DNA of 63,715 bases, the filler included, from Bigelowiella natans CCMP2755 (Eukaryota; Protista; Cercozoa), in the NCBI GenBank assembly GCA_000320545.1. It is 7 parts of 7 records of this genome, joined end to end, with 100 filler letters (N's around TTAATTAATTAA, not from the genome) between each part and the next. Parts side by side here need not be neighbours in the genome. Positions count along the whole stretch, not along the records: positions 16,431 to 38,009 come from ADNK01002820.1; positions 38,110 to 42,668 come from ADNK01002120.1; 5 more parts are not named here. One strand, 5' to 3'. This document shows positions 24,541 to 38,844 of this stretch, one piece after another. The stretch's first letter is position 1, and every line of letters begins with the position of its first letter. Both the position numbers and the translations under genes were made by a program. The notes below the pieces were generated by a model. That model was not told the DNA's origin, ran no database searches, and saw only the letters and a list, made by a program, of their open reading frames with translations.

Positions 24541-27500
24541 TTATAACCGGACATTCTCCTCATTTGGCGAAAGTTTGCTATCTGCCACAAGGAATATTTC
24601 TTCGTCAGGATAGGTGAACACCTGAAGTAATAAAGGAACAATATTATTAATTAAATCTAATCTTAGTCTTGAAAATTCTGCATACATGTTCTTCCCCGTC
24701 GTCGAACAAGATTTTGATCTCAAACTTCTTGTCCTCTGTTTCATCTTCGCGGGTGACTTCCAATGAGTTTGGTTGTGTTTGGAATCCCCGTCTCAACAAC
24801 CGATGTGCTTTGGTGATTGTGCCACGAAAATACTGTTTGCTGGCTGCTCCCTCGAAGTCTTCCAATTCAAACTAGTAAAGAAAATGACATTAATGTATTC
24901 ATAGTAATGTAGAGGTAATAATACATACCAATACATCGACTCTCATTCCAACACGGGGAATTGGAGGTGGGAAACGAGACCTAATGTAGTTTTGAATGGA
25001 CAGCAAGCAGCCTTTTGAAGCCTGTCCTAGATCAATCTCTACTTCCTGATTATTGTAGAGACAGCTTTGATAAGAAATCGGATGTTGAAAAAAAGCAAAA
25101 ACAATGGATCAACATCGCCTCTAAAAACGTTGTTATGGGATTTAAATTTAAGTTTACTTCAATTGTGTCTCCAATTCTCTTTATAGATGGCTTCACTCCG
25201 TTTAAGACGTCTGTACCGACATATATCTCTACTATCACTAAAAGATCTTCTAAGGGTAGCATTTCGATTTCCTTCATCATCTGTGCTCTATCCATATACA
25301 CTATCTTTTCTGGTATAATCTCCTGCCCATGCAGCTCCGATCTGTGTACTTGTTCAAGCAGTGGAGGCTGAGTTTGAAGAAATATCCTATTTCTATCATC
25401 GGAATAACCAGATTTCTGAAGCTTCGGAGATTGAAATTTCATTTTAGCTATAGCCTTTTTTGTGGCCTTTGTTTTCCTCTTGCTCATAGGATTTTGAGCC
25501 TGAGCTTTGAATTTTTTCAAGGAGCACTTTACCCTATGGGCGCGTATTGACCTTCGAGATAGAGTATTTTCAGAATTGTGTGATGTCTGTAAAAAATAGG
25601 GAAAATATACATAGTGCTCGAATGTCGATAAAACTTCCCGCATCCGTTACTGAATGTGGAAAATAGGATAATAAGAACCATCGTATTTTACCATTGAAAA
25701 AGATTGATTTACACTATTTTTAAGTTGTCTAAAACAATTTTATAAAATAAATAATATACACATATATTAGTATGTATGAGTATGTACATATGCATATATG
25801 TGGAATTTACGTTATTCTATATAAGTTATTGGGTCTGGTCAAAAAATGGGAACTTACTAAACTGCTTGCTATACCTGCAATACCATTTTTCCTCCTCCTT
25901 AAGCTCCCACGATTTTCGAATTCTCTTTCGATTGCCTAGGTAGATTACTATCATAAGTGCCTATTTATCCAATCGTTATGGCAACATTAAGCAACCTTTC
26001 TTCGCTCTGCGGCACTTAGTTATCCTGGCTTCTGGAATACTTTTATCATTTTTTTTGAAAACCGGTATTGACTTTCTTGTGCTTCGACGTAATTCTCTCC
26101 ATGGACAATGTGTGTTAAACTTGTACACCTTCTCCTGCGGATACTTTCTTCCTCTCACTCTTGTGATTGTAGCTTCCTCTGGAAGATTGGCGTGTTGCGA
26201 TGCTCTGCGAGTTCTCATTCGTTGTCTACGTAAAAGCAAAACTGCTAGTGAAGATTAGACCATTAATTTCACTCTGAAACATTCAGAGCTCAGAACGCGA
26301 CGGACATTGAACTTGTGAATAGAGATGAGACCTTTAGCTTTGCTTGATGAGTTATTCGAATACCTCTTCGTATTCAAACACATTGATTCTCATCACAATG
26401 GCGTTGAAGCGCCAATAGAAATCCTGGAAAACTACTATGATATCTTCAAGCGTCAGTGCGCACGACTTGTCGTAGCATGAAACCGGAAACGCTTTGCTCC
26501 CCACCAGAAAAGAAGCTTGCTCTGAGGGTTCACACCTTTGCTTTTGGCGCGCTAACTTCTGTTGTGAGTTTGACCTAAGAGCGTATCAGGGTCATGTTGA
26601 TATGTCAGACCTTTTTGATGACTTACGGTTCTCCTTTACGTCAGCTGCACGAACAAGTCGCATGATGAAAATCTACAGCGCTTCATGCCCGCGGGTAGCA
26701 GCTCTTGCCCGTGAACACGAACGAAGACGAACGAGCGCACTACAAACTCGGAAGGGAAAAAGACCGGTTGACAGTTGAGACTGATAGTTTAAATTCCTTA
26801 GCATAATTCCTCTTGACGCTTGAAGAAATTGCTCGAGCTTTCCAGGATTTCAGGATTCTCTTGTGCAGTTTGTCGATTTGATTCGAAGAAGTCCTGGTAT
26901 TTCAATTTTTGTGAAGAGCGAAGAAAGCAAGGAAAGACGGAAAGAAATAGCCTTTTCTTCGTTTCCTGCCTACGACAATGAAAAAAGGAAGAATGTCCAC
27001 GTTGTAAGTCCTGCGACTGCGTGCTGTGGACAACTCTGTAGAATTTGCTTTTTTGTCATGTCGCAATCCCAAGTAGCATGGCTTTGCTGTGTTTTTTTAT
27101 TTAAGCAGGTTCTTGGAAGTCGCAGAGTGAAAACGTGAGGTATTTGAAGAACCGTTGACAATTCGATTTTGTGGGCCCACAGTCGTCGACGTGTCTCCCT
27201 CACCAGCTACACCACTTGGAATTTAGAATTATGAGGACACGAGCATTGCAGCTTACTCTAGTTGCCAGCGCCGTTCTCAGTCTGATATTGATTGCAGGTG
27301 AGATCGTGCTCAATGTAGATTGTAGGGAGTCAAATTCATAAGTGCATTCTATAACTCATAAAAATGCGTTCTCAGCTGGAGGGCCGTCAAGGCGAGTGGG
27401 ATTGCCTTCATCAATAAGGGCAAGGAATCCAGGAACAAGGATCATCGCCTCGAATCCACCCTCAATTCCAATGAAACTGGGCAATGTTCGCTCTGTCATC
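24541..27500 (-). CDS. Putative chromatin protein with ET(NET)-like and C-terminal Tudor-like domains; 5' structure uncertain
   Basis: DRAQMMKEIEMLPLEDLLVIVEIY..DTIE/..ASKGCLLSIQNYIRS resembles the BET extra-terminal domain. VGMRVDVL/F..YFRGTIT..IKILFDDGEEH/VFTYPDEEIFL resembles a Tudor barrel. Upstream exons are basic and low complexity. Confidence 0.5.
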
Positions 27501-27785
27501 GGCTGCAAGAGAGAAATCCATAAGTCGGTCAAAACGCATGCGAGTGGATACGGACCGGAATACGACGCCTTCATCCAAAAGATTACCAACCCCCCAGTAC
27601 GTATACGCATGCTGCGACTTTAACTGTCGGTGGATATACCATCAGTAGTTGCCGACAAAAAATAACATAACCGTGCTCAGAACGAACACTATTAGTCATC
27701 ATTACACATAGCTGAGGATTACCCTACACAATGATGACATCTGATTTCACATTCTTGCAAGCCACTCTTCGACTCCCCTGACCAG

Positions 27786-28725
27786 GCGAATACCGTCATC
27801 GGCGCGATATTAGGTAGCGAAACCTTCGGTAAATCGCCGAAGAATCAATCCGCGTTCCCGCCCCCCATCACGAACCACTTGTTGACGTCACACACAAGCA
27901 GATTAACCAAAACCACACCTACCAATGGGATGTAATAATACCCATTTACGTAATATTGCTGGTTGTCTTTAACAAAGATAGCATTTTGAGTTGTTTACAT
28001 CGCCCTCTTTACATTCCAGCTGCTACGGGGGTATCTTTTCTCGGCACATTCGTCGTCGCCCCCAGGTGATGGAATGGCAAATAGACCTGCAATTGCTACA
28101 TACGCGAGAGAACAACGAGAGGCAATAACCGAGGCTGGGAACAATAATAATATCAGTACCGAATCCAGCATCAACTTACTGCTCGTTCGACAACTTCGTT
28201 ACTTCAGATACGCGGGTGTTCTCAAAGAGGACCAACGATGGGAGGACATCTACCGGGAACTCGAGGAAGGCGGGGTAGGCTGTCTGTCATCGCGTTCTGC
28301 AAGAGCTGGTAGCTTGCGAATACCATGTCACGAGTGGGGTGCTGCTTGAATGTTAGGTTCAGAGTGTGGATTGGGCCGAGGCCGTTAAGAAAACCAACCA
28401 GGGCAGATCCGGAGTCATACTAGATGTCCGAATGGAGAACAAGTAAGTGGAGGAAAGCGCGCAGTCTTAGCATTGGCGACTAACCCTCCCTGACCGCCTT
28501 TCGCCTGTGATTGTGCGTGATGTCTCTCGAAAGATATGCTACAAAGGCGATTCCCGGATCCACGAACATTCCTCTTTACCGGCCGATTGTACTTGACAAC
28601 CCTGTCGCTATTCTACGGTGCGGCTGCTGTTTGCCTGTTTCCTTTGCTGCCACGATGAGTGCTGAGGATAGCTGCATGTGTTGTGCGAGATGGCGCGCAC
28701 ACACAAACACACACACACACACACA

Positions 28726-28770
<45 letters not shown>

Positions 28771-29934
28771 TACAGGTAGCATACGAGTTCAACTGCTAAT
28801 CCATACCAACACGGAAGAGTCCTGTTATTTTATTTAACTTGCAACTTCATGCTCCGCCCTCCCCCGCCACCAACCCCCTCTCTCCTCCTGCCTCTATAAC
28901 CTTAACCCCTCTCTCCTCCTGCCTCTATATCACCTTCCAATGCAGTTACCTCGGATTTGCATTTTTCGGAGTCACGAATTCAGAGAGGACACCCGGATGG
29001 CTCGAAATGGTATGTGCGCCTTCATTCCTATTTATTTAGGCGTATCATCGATCTTTTCTGTGCTTTATACCCGTTGAAGGCGAGCGCAGCAAATGCCTCG
29101 CGCAGCGCTAAGTATGCCTTACGAATCCAGACTTCTCTTCTCAAATTCTGCATACGCAGCTTGTGTGCACGCGCGTGTGCGCGTGTGAGCGTATGCACAC
29201 GAAGCATTTATCTCCTTGACGAGTCGCCTATACATGAATGCGTTCTCAGGTTGAAGAAACCGTTCCAAAGAATAAGCCGGTAGTACCCAAATAGTAGCAG
29301 CCATAATAGCGTGCCCTCAAAATGTTTTTCGCACTTGATCACACAAAGGTATACATCGTCTGCAATAGCGGAGGATCGCTAGTAAACACCCCAGGACGAA
29401 AGTAAGAACGCTCTACAATCCACAAAAGTTTATCGTTCGTTATGACTGTACAGCGATTTATTTATTTGATGTCGCGCCAGCGTTGGCACAATCTTTTGAA
29501 ACCGACTCAATGCACACCCGTCGCAGCATGGGCTGAGATTATCCCCCCCCCCCATTCTTTCATTACCCGGGTATTTAATTTCTTTAAAGGTTTGGTTTCG
29601 AAAGCCAGTCTCTCAAGGCGGTGCACTTCTTGAGGCAAGCTGGGTGATGATACAGTCTTGATAATGCCGTCAAATCAGACACGTGCTTTCGAAAATTCAT
29701 GCTCGAATACGCTGCCAACTGCATAGTTTATGCTTCTATTTTACCAGTTGTTTCCCAGTAACAATAACACATCACGATGAGCGTTGTTCAGTTTGGGATG
29801 ATTCTATTCGTTGAATAGCCATCGTTACGTTTATGAGATAAACCGTTGTCCGTGATGCACATGCACTGCTGATCAGGTATAAAAAGGTGTTCCATGTAGC
29901 TGATGGAATGATGAGGATAAAGCCCACGCAGTGA
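27786..29934 (+). CDS. Plastid-type rhodanese-like domain protein, multi-exon; start uncertain
   Basis: RWEDIYREL/VQSVDWAEA..VILDVRMENK/YATKAIPGSTNIPLYRPI/YLGFAFFGVTNSERTPGWLEM/VEETVPKNKP/VYIVCNSGGSL/KFGFESQSLKAVHFLRQAG/YKKVFHVADG, like plant/algal chloroplast rhodanese-domain proteins. Confidence 0.85.
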
Positions 29935-30798
29935 AAATCGATCTAAACAAAGAATTTGTGTGCGCCACCAGGATCGTCAAATCAATGAAAACGATCGAAA
30001 ACACGTGCATTTGGATGATGCATCATACCAAATGTTTCCTCTTATAACTACATGTGTCTAATTATAAGTAGCAATGCATGAGAGCATCTGCAAGCGTGCA
30101 TTGTGCCCCATGCTGTGCTACTGATGGACAAGGCGCGCGTCGCACGCATGTGGCACCGGCACAAGGCACAACAAATCCCCATCATATCGCTTTCGTCATG
30201 CGCGCTCACGACCAATGACGAAAAACTTCGAGACTTATCTCAAAGACATCGCTTACACGAGTTTGCGCTTTAGTCTGTAGTCTCACCCACTCTGAAGCAA
30301 TTAGCATTCTGTCTTGCTAGTTTGACCACGTGTGATCAAGGACGACGACCCGTCTAGCCGGCCGCAGCCTTTTCGAATGCGAACGGTTTCAATGACACGC
30401 TAGCACGCTGCATCACTGCCACATGCCTGTCTAGCTGTAGTGACAAAGCGGCGAAGAGTTTTTCCAATCAACACTTACAAGCCAATCGATCTAGCAATCT
30501 AGCAATGATGTCTCTCGCCGGAAACAGCAGTGGTGCAACCACATTGCACAGCGCGATTGACGCAATGATACCATTTGTGAATGCTAGAATGTGCGGTCGA
30601 TCATGCGAAGCGTATCGCATGGTTCGTGATGATTTGGCGCCACGGGAGGCAGCCTCTAGGCCTGTTGGGAGAGCTCCTTGTGGAAAACGTGCGATGATGA
30701 TGCTGAGCACATGCGTGCGCGCACACACACACACACTCACATCTGGACGTGTTATATGCAGCATTGTTTGTTGAAATGGTTTGCGTGCTCATTCAATT

Positions 30799-31644
30799 TT
30801 AGATGTCTCGAATTGGTGGCACATTGAAAACTCGATGCTTCGTTCTTTCGACGATCTGCGGGTGAACATTCATCATGATTAGAACGAGTAGAGCAAACCT
30901 CGTAAGGAAACACGTTACCCTTGAAGGGCAATCTCGAAAGTATCGATGGGTGAACTTCTTAAACTGGAAGAGAAGGCGAACATTAATCAGCGGCGGGAGA
31001 AGGAGAAACCAACGCGCACTTCAAAAATCCCTACCGTTTTTGCAGAAACATCCGGGAATAAGGACGAAGACGTCGAGTCGTCGTTTGAGTCTATTGCATG
31101 AATATCATCTTTGTTGTCGGGTGTAAGGGCGTCTGTCAATTCAAAACAAAACCAGGCTTAGAACTTTACCAAAGATCGTGTCTTCAGATCATGTGGCATG
31201 CATAGCCGAAATTCGATAAAACGCAATTCGTCAAGGCAGCCATACCCGAATCCACAAAGTCAGCTATCTCGCCGAGACTCCTCCCTGCTGTATGCACGCA
31301 GTGTTTTATTGGAATTTACAAGCTTGCATGCAATAGGCATATTGATGTACCTTCGCTTGCCTTCATTTCGGATGGGCTATCTCCCAAGATTTGTGTTTGG
31401 TTTTTATTGCCTCCCTCTCGCCTCGTCAGGGGAAAAATCTGTGCTTCTTGCTCATCCCTAATCTTGCGTTTATACTCCCTATTCCTCCGTTTATACTCCA
31501 AGTGCTCTTTGCGGCTCTCCTCAATTTCGAGTTCCATCTTTGCAGCAGGACACGAAGGTACACGCACCCCCCCCCGCGCGCGCGCGCACACACACACAAA
31601 AGTATAATAATCAAATATAAATATAAATACATATTTAAATAAAT

Positions 31645-31688
<44 letters not shown>

Positions 31689-32484
31689 CCATATGCATTC
31701 ACACATAATCGATACACTCTCCAAATTTCTCAATTTCTCATGATGCCTGTTTGATCTTCTTAGGGACGGTGTAGCCAGGTGCAAACTCCAAGGATTGAAG
31801 GTCCGGAGGATAGACCACACGGGCGTTAGGAGTCCGCCGTGCGAGCGCATCAAATCTGCCACGACATCACCAAATTATCACCAGCATCGTCACGCGGCAG
31901 CTCGCCAGGCGCTCTACAACGGAAAATGAGCTATCGCAACACGGAGAACAGCTTATGGTTTTCCTCGCATTTCGAGAGCGACGCGGCAAGCTATTCTCCA
32001 CCGGCAAGGGAGGGCACTTAGCACAGCCGCGGCAGACGCTCAGAGGGCTATCCCTTTCTCTATGGCGTGCAGTGCTTCTAAGTGCACACTTACATCTCGT
32101 CTGATTCGCCCATGACGGCGCTCGAGGTGGTATCGTCTCCGCTCGCGTTTTCAGTGAGGTTGCGCCTCCCTCCTCCTCCTTCTCGCTCCTGACCGCCCCC
32201 CCCCGTCGGCGCCCAGGATGAATTGAAATCGAACGAAATCGAGTCGAGGATGTGCTTTTGGTGGAAAAGACGGCGGGAGAGGATGATGGAATCAACATGG
32301 GGGATTTGTTAGGCGCCAACGGCTGGTAGTGTCCGCAGTTTTCCGGTAGAAATATTCTCTTGAGATGTTTGCTATTTTCCCTTTCTTTTTGGCGGAGTTG
32401 TGCGTTCATATTTAAACAGTTTGCTGAATTATGCTTGCCCCCCCCCCCCCCCCCCTTCCCCCTTTGTTCTCTTTCTTCCCCTCG

Positions 32485-32527
<43 letters not shown>

Positions 32528-32629
32528 CGTCTTTTCCACTCGTCATAATTCAGCAATAATACCTGGAATGGTTTCGCAACAACATTTCCCGTGGCGCGAA
32601 CTACATACACAATAAAGGAAGAGGGGGAG

Positions 32630-32667
<38 letters not shown>

Positions 32668-33824
32668 CATAATTTTTTTTAACACATAATCCCGATGATG
32701 GTCATTGTTCTAAGAGCGCTCCCTTATGGTCCGCCTTAATTCTCCGCAACAGCTGCGGGTTCATCGTGGAATAATGGCTTGTAGTCAGAAGAAGATGCAA
32801 AAACATGATTTTAGACTCTCTTCTAGTATTAGAAATCCCGACCGATATCATCAACGCATTCACACTCTCCATCCGAAGATCTCGCGTCGTTCTCGCTTGC
32901 GGACCGCATCCGTCGCCCCCCCCCCTCCCCAGTAGCTTTCCCTGTCTTTGGGAGAGAACTATCTAGTGCGCCACGTTCTCCTGAGAGCCCGGGGGGGGGA
33001 GATGTATACCTAAAATACCAACAAACCATCAGCATTAAGATACCCTACCTTCAAAAGCTATGGAAAAGAATATGCACGAAGTTCCATAAAAAAAAGAAGG
33101 CGTATTTTACTTGTTGGCGCGCCGGCCGCGCCCTGCGTCGCTCTCCAGCTTCAGTGCGCCTCCGCTGTCGCAATCCGATGATGTTTCGGAACGCGAGTGA
33201 TGCTGGCCTAAATTGAATTTTGCCACGTCTGACGTGTTCTGATGATAATTAGCTTTCCCACCGCCTTGTACCATGCCCACGTCCTGGGACTCCGTTCCAT
33301 CCCCCCCCTCCCCCCGGGCATTATCACTCAGACTGCAGGCCTCCCCAGAGTTCGGTACCATGCTGCTGCTGCTGTTGTTGTTGTTGTCGATGGAATTACG
33401 GAACGATGCGCTTGGCCTCGGCGTGGGGTAATCGGTAGGCGAAGTTCGCACTTGCATTCCACCACCACCATCAGCAGCAGCAGCAGCACGATTCATCGAA
33501 GCAGGGAACGGAGCTGAAGCTTGCAATGGCGAGACGGCGTCTAGAGCCCTGTCCTCGCCGGCAAGCTTATTATCATTCTGACCGAACATACTAGCGCCTG
33601 AGGATGATGCGAATTCCGGCAGTATCACCTGGCTCAAATCATCGTCTGGGTGGGGCACCTTGACGATGGGGATTCCAAAAGGAGGGGGGACAATAATCGA
33701 GCAGCAGCACCGCGACCACAAAAAGGGTGAGCAGGATAGGAGGATGCAGTTGCGACAACCAAACGAGGAGGCCTCGAGGAAGGGGGGTGGGTAGAGCACC
33801 AAAACAAAAACGCGAAGGCACACA

Positions 33825-33861
<37 letters not shown>

Positions 33862-34910
33862 ACGCACACACAACACACAACACACACAACACACTCAGAC
33901 CTCCAATACGATATCGTCTCGCCCTTCGTCATCATCATAGCCAGGACGCCCGACTCCGTTAGTGCCTTGTTGTGTATGCACCCCCATTCCACGCGACTTA
34001 GAGCCAAAGCGCTCAGAAAAACGCCGGGTAATGCCGTCGGGAAGTGGAATAGGAGCGGGTGTTGGCCCCCCCCCAACCGCATCCTCTCCCGGGGCCTTTC
34101 TCCACCTTACTCCGTTGCGATCATAGGCCCACACGGACTTCGAGGCGAAGCTTCGGCGAGCTCGATCTAACGGCGTTTGATCCTTCTCCGGCATATCATA
34201 ATACCAAGGGGTCTTTTCCTTCACCTACAATCACGTATGCATAAGTTATACGAATTGAATTTTTAGATTGCCGCTAACACTCCAAGCCGGGCTATAAGTA
34301 GTCCTCAGCGCACCCCCCCCTCCCCCCCTCTCCCCCCACCCTTTCATTTCCCTTTTGACGGTCAGGGCGTGTGACTTGTAATTAGATTGTTTGTTTGGGT
34401 ACGAGGTTTTCCCGCTCAATCATGGCCTCGATCTCCTCCTCGCTGTCAAGCTTGTTTCTCTCGTCGTAGTCCAACAACAGCTTCTCCGAGTCGCCAAGAT
34501 GCTCTCGCACACGCTTCCTCCTGATCTTATCTTCATACCTTCGCGTTGAAGGAGGAGGAGGGGGGCGGGGGGCGGGGGGGGGATAACAAAAGGAAAAAAA
34601 AGAGGGGGGAATTAAGCCGAGAGAGTGCCTGAGGCTGAAGGCAATGAATCACTCGCATTAATATTCGGTCGTCATCAGTCAAAAAACAGCAAATCCTCAC
34701 TCTTCAAGGCCCTCTCCCTTCAGCAGCTCTTCGTCTTCGTCAGAGTATATGCTCGGATCGACGCCGAGGCCCATGTGCACTACACGTCCATTCTTGCCCA
34801 CTGTGCGAAAAGAGCTTCCTGTCATTCCATCCCTCCCTGCGTTGGGTGTGATGTGATATGAGCAAATCTCTCTACTCACGCAAGCATCAATCAGTTTATA
34901 TAAATGAATA

Positions 34911-34953
<43 letters not shown>

Positions 34954-35043
34954 ATTTATTTATTTATTTGTAACGAGCATAAGAATGCGCCACACCTCCA
35001 TTCGTATTGTTAAATGCATCGAAGGAGCAGCCCACATGTCTAT

Positions 35044-35075
<32 letters not shown>

Positions 35076-35560
35076 ACGCACGCACATAGCTATTCATTCT
35101 CATGCACCTATATCTATGCGCCTGATCTTGGTCCCCCCTCCCCCCCCCCCTCCGGGACCGAGCCCAGATGCAGCCGGCCCATTTCCAATCCCAACAGGGA
35201 CAACATCTTTCATAAGATTCATCCCGTTAATCTGGCGCGATACACCGCCTCCCCCGGCATCTACACCTTCCGCAAACGCACATCTTTCGCGACGTCTCAG
35301 CGCGGTGCGGTTGGGGAGGTTTGGAACGTCTGGCTTGATATACCTGCCACGAGCACCCATGCCTCAGTTGACTTACCCGAAAAAGCAAAAGCAGCAGAAG
35401 AGAACTAGACAGAGGAAAGAGGAGCCCATCAAGGCACATCGCACATCGGCAGTCACTTCCCCAACCGTGCGGCGCTTGTTTCGATCATCACATCTCAATC
35501 ATCGACGCCCTTCTGATCTATGGTATATTGGCTGCACTGCTTCCTTCCCTCAGCTAGCTA

Positions 35561-35597
<37 letters not shown>

Positions 35598-35969
35598 ATA
35601 TATATAATGCGCATGCTATGAGGCAAATGGATGGGTAGAGAGTTGTTGTCGCAGCTTGGGAACGACTCACGGTAAGATCGATTTCTGGGTGGAGGTGGGG
35701 TGCCGCATCTCCTCCTGCCTCTTGACGAAGTCCTCGGCCTTGTTCTCCAGCTTGCGGAGGCGCGATCCAAGCTCCGGATCGATGAGGTCCTCGAATGAAA
35801 AGCCTTGGATGTTGCGCGACAAGTTGTACGCTGCTGCCTCGCTCTTGGAGCCGTAGATCTTCCGCGTGTATTCTCGCAGAAGGTCCTCGGCCTATGGGTA
35901 ATTTTGTAGCACGAAAGCGTCGTCAACGACCACGCCATTGAATATGGTAAGATGCGGCAATTTTGACAG

Positions 35970-36029
<60 letters not shown>

Positions 36030-36031
36030 AC

Positions 36032-36082
<51 letters not shown>

Positions 36083-36327
36083 GTGTAGTAATCAATTCGA
36101 TTAGTATGAGTTATTATGAAAACGTGCTGCTCCCCCCCCCCGCTCCTTCCCTTCTTGCCGTTAAACAATCATAGTATTTATAAACATAATATTATATAGA
36201 GGTACCGTTACGTTTCCAACTCTTTCTGTCATCTTTGCGTTGTGGCCGAGGACGAGCTTTTTCAGCATCTCCACCTTTCTCTCTCGACGCTTGGAACGTT
36301 CCAGCACCCTAAAGGCGTATTGTATTC

Positions 36328-36398
<71 letters not shown>

Positions 36399-36494
36399 AT
36401 GCGTGTTTCTATCTCCTGTCGCATTTATTTCGTCGCCCACAACAGTCATAAGGCGGCACGATGAAGTAGTCCTTTATCATTTGTGCTCATCAGC

Positions 36495-36536
<42 letters not shown>

Positions 36537-37063
36537 AGAGAGAGAGAGAGAGAGAGAAGAGAGAGAGGGAGAACTCGAGCAAGTAGGAACGAAGGAGCGA
36601 TACTATTCGAAAATCCTCACAGAAAACACAAACTCAACTTCAAACCACCTTCCGCATCGGCGTGCATTGTCGCTTGCATCTGCAGCTGGCGTGATCGTGA
36701 CGCCGAGTGGGTACTGTCCCCATCCAGCTGCCATGGCGCCTCTTGACTGCCTCTTTTCTTCTCGCCCCTCGCCACCTGCTGCGCAAGCTGGATTTGAAGC
36801 CGTTGATCATCGCCGAGAGTCACTACCTCTTCCGGCTCGAAGCTTTCCTCCTCCCCCCCTTCGCTCTGTGGACCCCCCCCCGCCTCTTGCCGCAGCAAGT
36901 TCTCCTTTGCCTCCTCGAGGGCGTTTGGTTTTTCTGGGGGATGAGTAAGGTGGTGGCTTTGTGAGGGTCTGGGAGCACAACAGTGCTGCTGCCGATATGT
37001 CTCTCTTCTTCTCATATATGGACAAGGAGGGCTACCTTGCGGTTGCACGAGGAGAATGAAAGG

Positions 37064-37099
<36 letters not shown>

Positions 37100-37830
37100 T
37101 ATAGCATTACGAATGCGACTTACCTGGGTCGATCCAAACCACCCTGGTGCCCTCAGGTGTTTCTACCTTCACCTCCTTGAGTCGCTGAAGTCTTTCCTTC
37201 TCTCTGTGAATACAAACAAGCATGTTTTATGACAAGTCCGCATGCATACACGAGTCAGCCGGCCACGCAAGGATTTTGGCTGCTTTTCGCGGCAAAGGAC
37301 TAGTAGCTTCAACCTCTGGTGCTGTGCTGCTTCCTCCCATGGTTTTCGATAGAGGATATTCTCGTCAAGATCGTCCCCCCCCCCGAGACCATGACGTTTC
37401 GTGGCGTTGGAGAGGCGCTGCGAAGACCAGCTCGAGGAGGACCTGTTGGCCTTGAGCGAGAAATTGCACTTTTTCTGCAGGAAGTGGAGAAGGGCATTGC
37501 CGCACGGTATGGATGGATGGAAGCAGCCAAAGTCTGGAAAAGAGGGCGGGTGATAGCGAATAATAGCGAGGAGAAGAAGAAGAAGGAGAAGAAGAAGAAG
37601 AAGAAGAAGAAAGTGTACGAATGAGATGCTAGGGAGGGAACTCGATGATGATGATGATGATGATGATGATGATAGCTATAAGATAATGATAACGAAGGTA
37701 TGAGTAATGACGATAAGTAACCCCACAAAACAATAACACATCAACACTTCACGACTCTCCGACCTGACTCGTCCTTCTTCTCCTTGCGGAGAATGGTCGC
37801 GCTAACGGAGTCCTCATTTTCCTCCTACCA
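30799..37830 (-). CDS. Large multi-exon hypothetical protein (possibly more than one gene), 5'-truncated
   Basis: Chain of GT-AG-bounded coding-like exons (e.g. AEDLLREYTRKIYGSK.., YEDKIRRKRVREHLGDSEK.., MELEIEESRKEHLEYKRRNREYK.., last exon IVERTKHRVFNVPPIRDI*). No recognisable domain. Confidence 0.55.
36334..36391. repeat. (TA)n intronic microsatellite (representative)
   Basis: Long uninterrupted TA run inside an intron, in contrast to the TpA-purged intergenic domains. Confidence 0.95.
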
Positions 37831-38009
37831 AAAAGGCCATCGATGATAGCCCTCAAACAATGAGCGCGTACACGTTAAGATGCTTGGTAAAGACAACCTT
37901 TTCGCCGATATCAAGCCTTACTCTGGTTCTTGGAATTCGGTCCCAGTAGTTCTTGTCATGTACGAAGGAGGCAAGGGGGAAGGTCGGGAAGGGGGGGGGG
38001 GGGGGGGGG

Positions 38010-38109
38010 NNNNNNNNNNNNNNNNNNNNNNNNNNNNNNNNNNNNNNNNNNNNTTAATTAATTAANNNNNNNNNNNNNNNNNNNNNNNNNNNNNNNNNNN
38101 NNNNNNNNN
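38010..38109. other. Artificial assembly spacer
   Basis: N44-TTAATTAATTAA-N44. Confidence 0.98.
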
Positions 38110-38150
38110 TCCCCCTCCCCCCCCTCCCTCCCCCCCCACCTCTCCTGTAG

Positions 38151-38463
38151 TCACGATGTAAGTCGCGTGCTGATCTAGATGAAGGGCGTTGCACATGGTA
38201 ATGGCAGCCCAGATATGCTGATGATAATGATGAGGATCTTTAGTCGTTTTTTATTGTACATACGCACGACAACACACACACACACACGCACACCCACATA
38301 AACTACAAATCTTTTTATATGTCACTCTCATGAATTATGTTCCTGTTTGCCATTCCGGCGTCGTTCTGCTTGCCTTTTTTCTGTTGATGCTGCCGCTAAA
38401 AAAGGTTCATCGAGGAGCGGGTGAAGACCATCAACCTCACGTGCCCATTCCAGGTGATCCTGA

Positions 38464-38496
<33 letters not shown>

Positions 38497-38725
38497 CCAC
38501 ATCAATACCCTTTCTCAACGAACAAAACTGATGAAATTAATTTCACCTTTTACGCCTACATAGACACATGATATGATTGGCGCTTGCAATGATGGCATGG
38601 CCCATCCAGGCCCTCCAAACACGTTCTCACGGGCTAGAGCGATCTACGCAGCGGCCTTCGCATCCGTTGATCCCGCCGAAGGAGGCTGTCCGGATGTGGG
38701 GGGGCCAACGCACCTACCATTCTAA
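38151..38725 (+). CDS. C-terminal exons of a Cys-rich, probably secreted hypothetical protein
   Basis: Three GT-AG exons in frame: SRCKSRADLDEGRCTW/FIEERVKTINLTCPFQ/THDMIGAC..AAFASVDPAEGGCPDVGGPTHLPF*. Confidence 0.6.
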
Positions 38726-38808
38726 ATATTAAGAGGGTTATGCATCTTGAGACGACCCCGACCTATTCTAAACATTTATGAATAGTCTAGATTAACAACA
38801 AACGTGCG

Positions 38809-38844
<36 letters not shown>

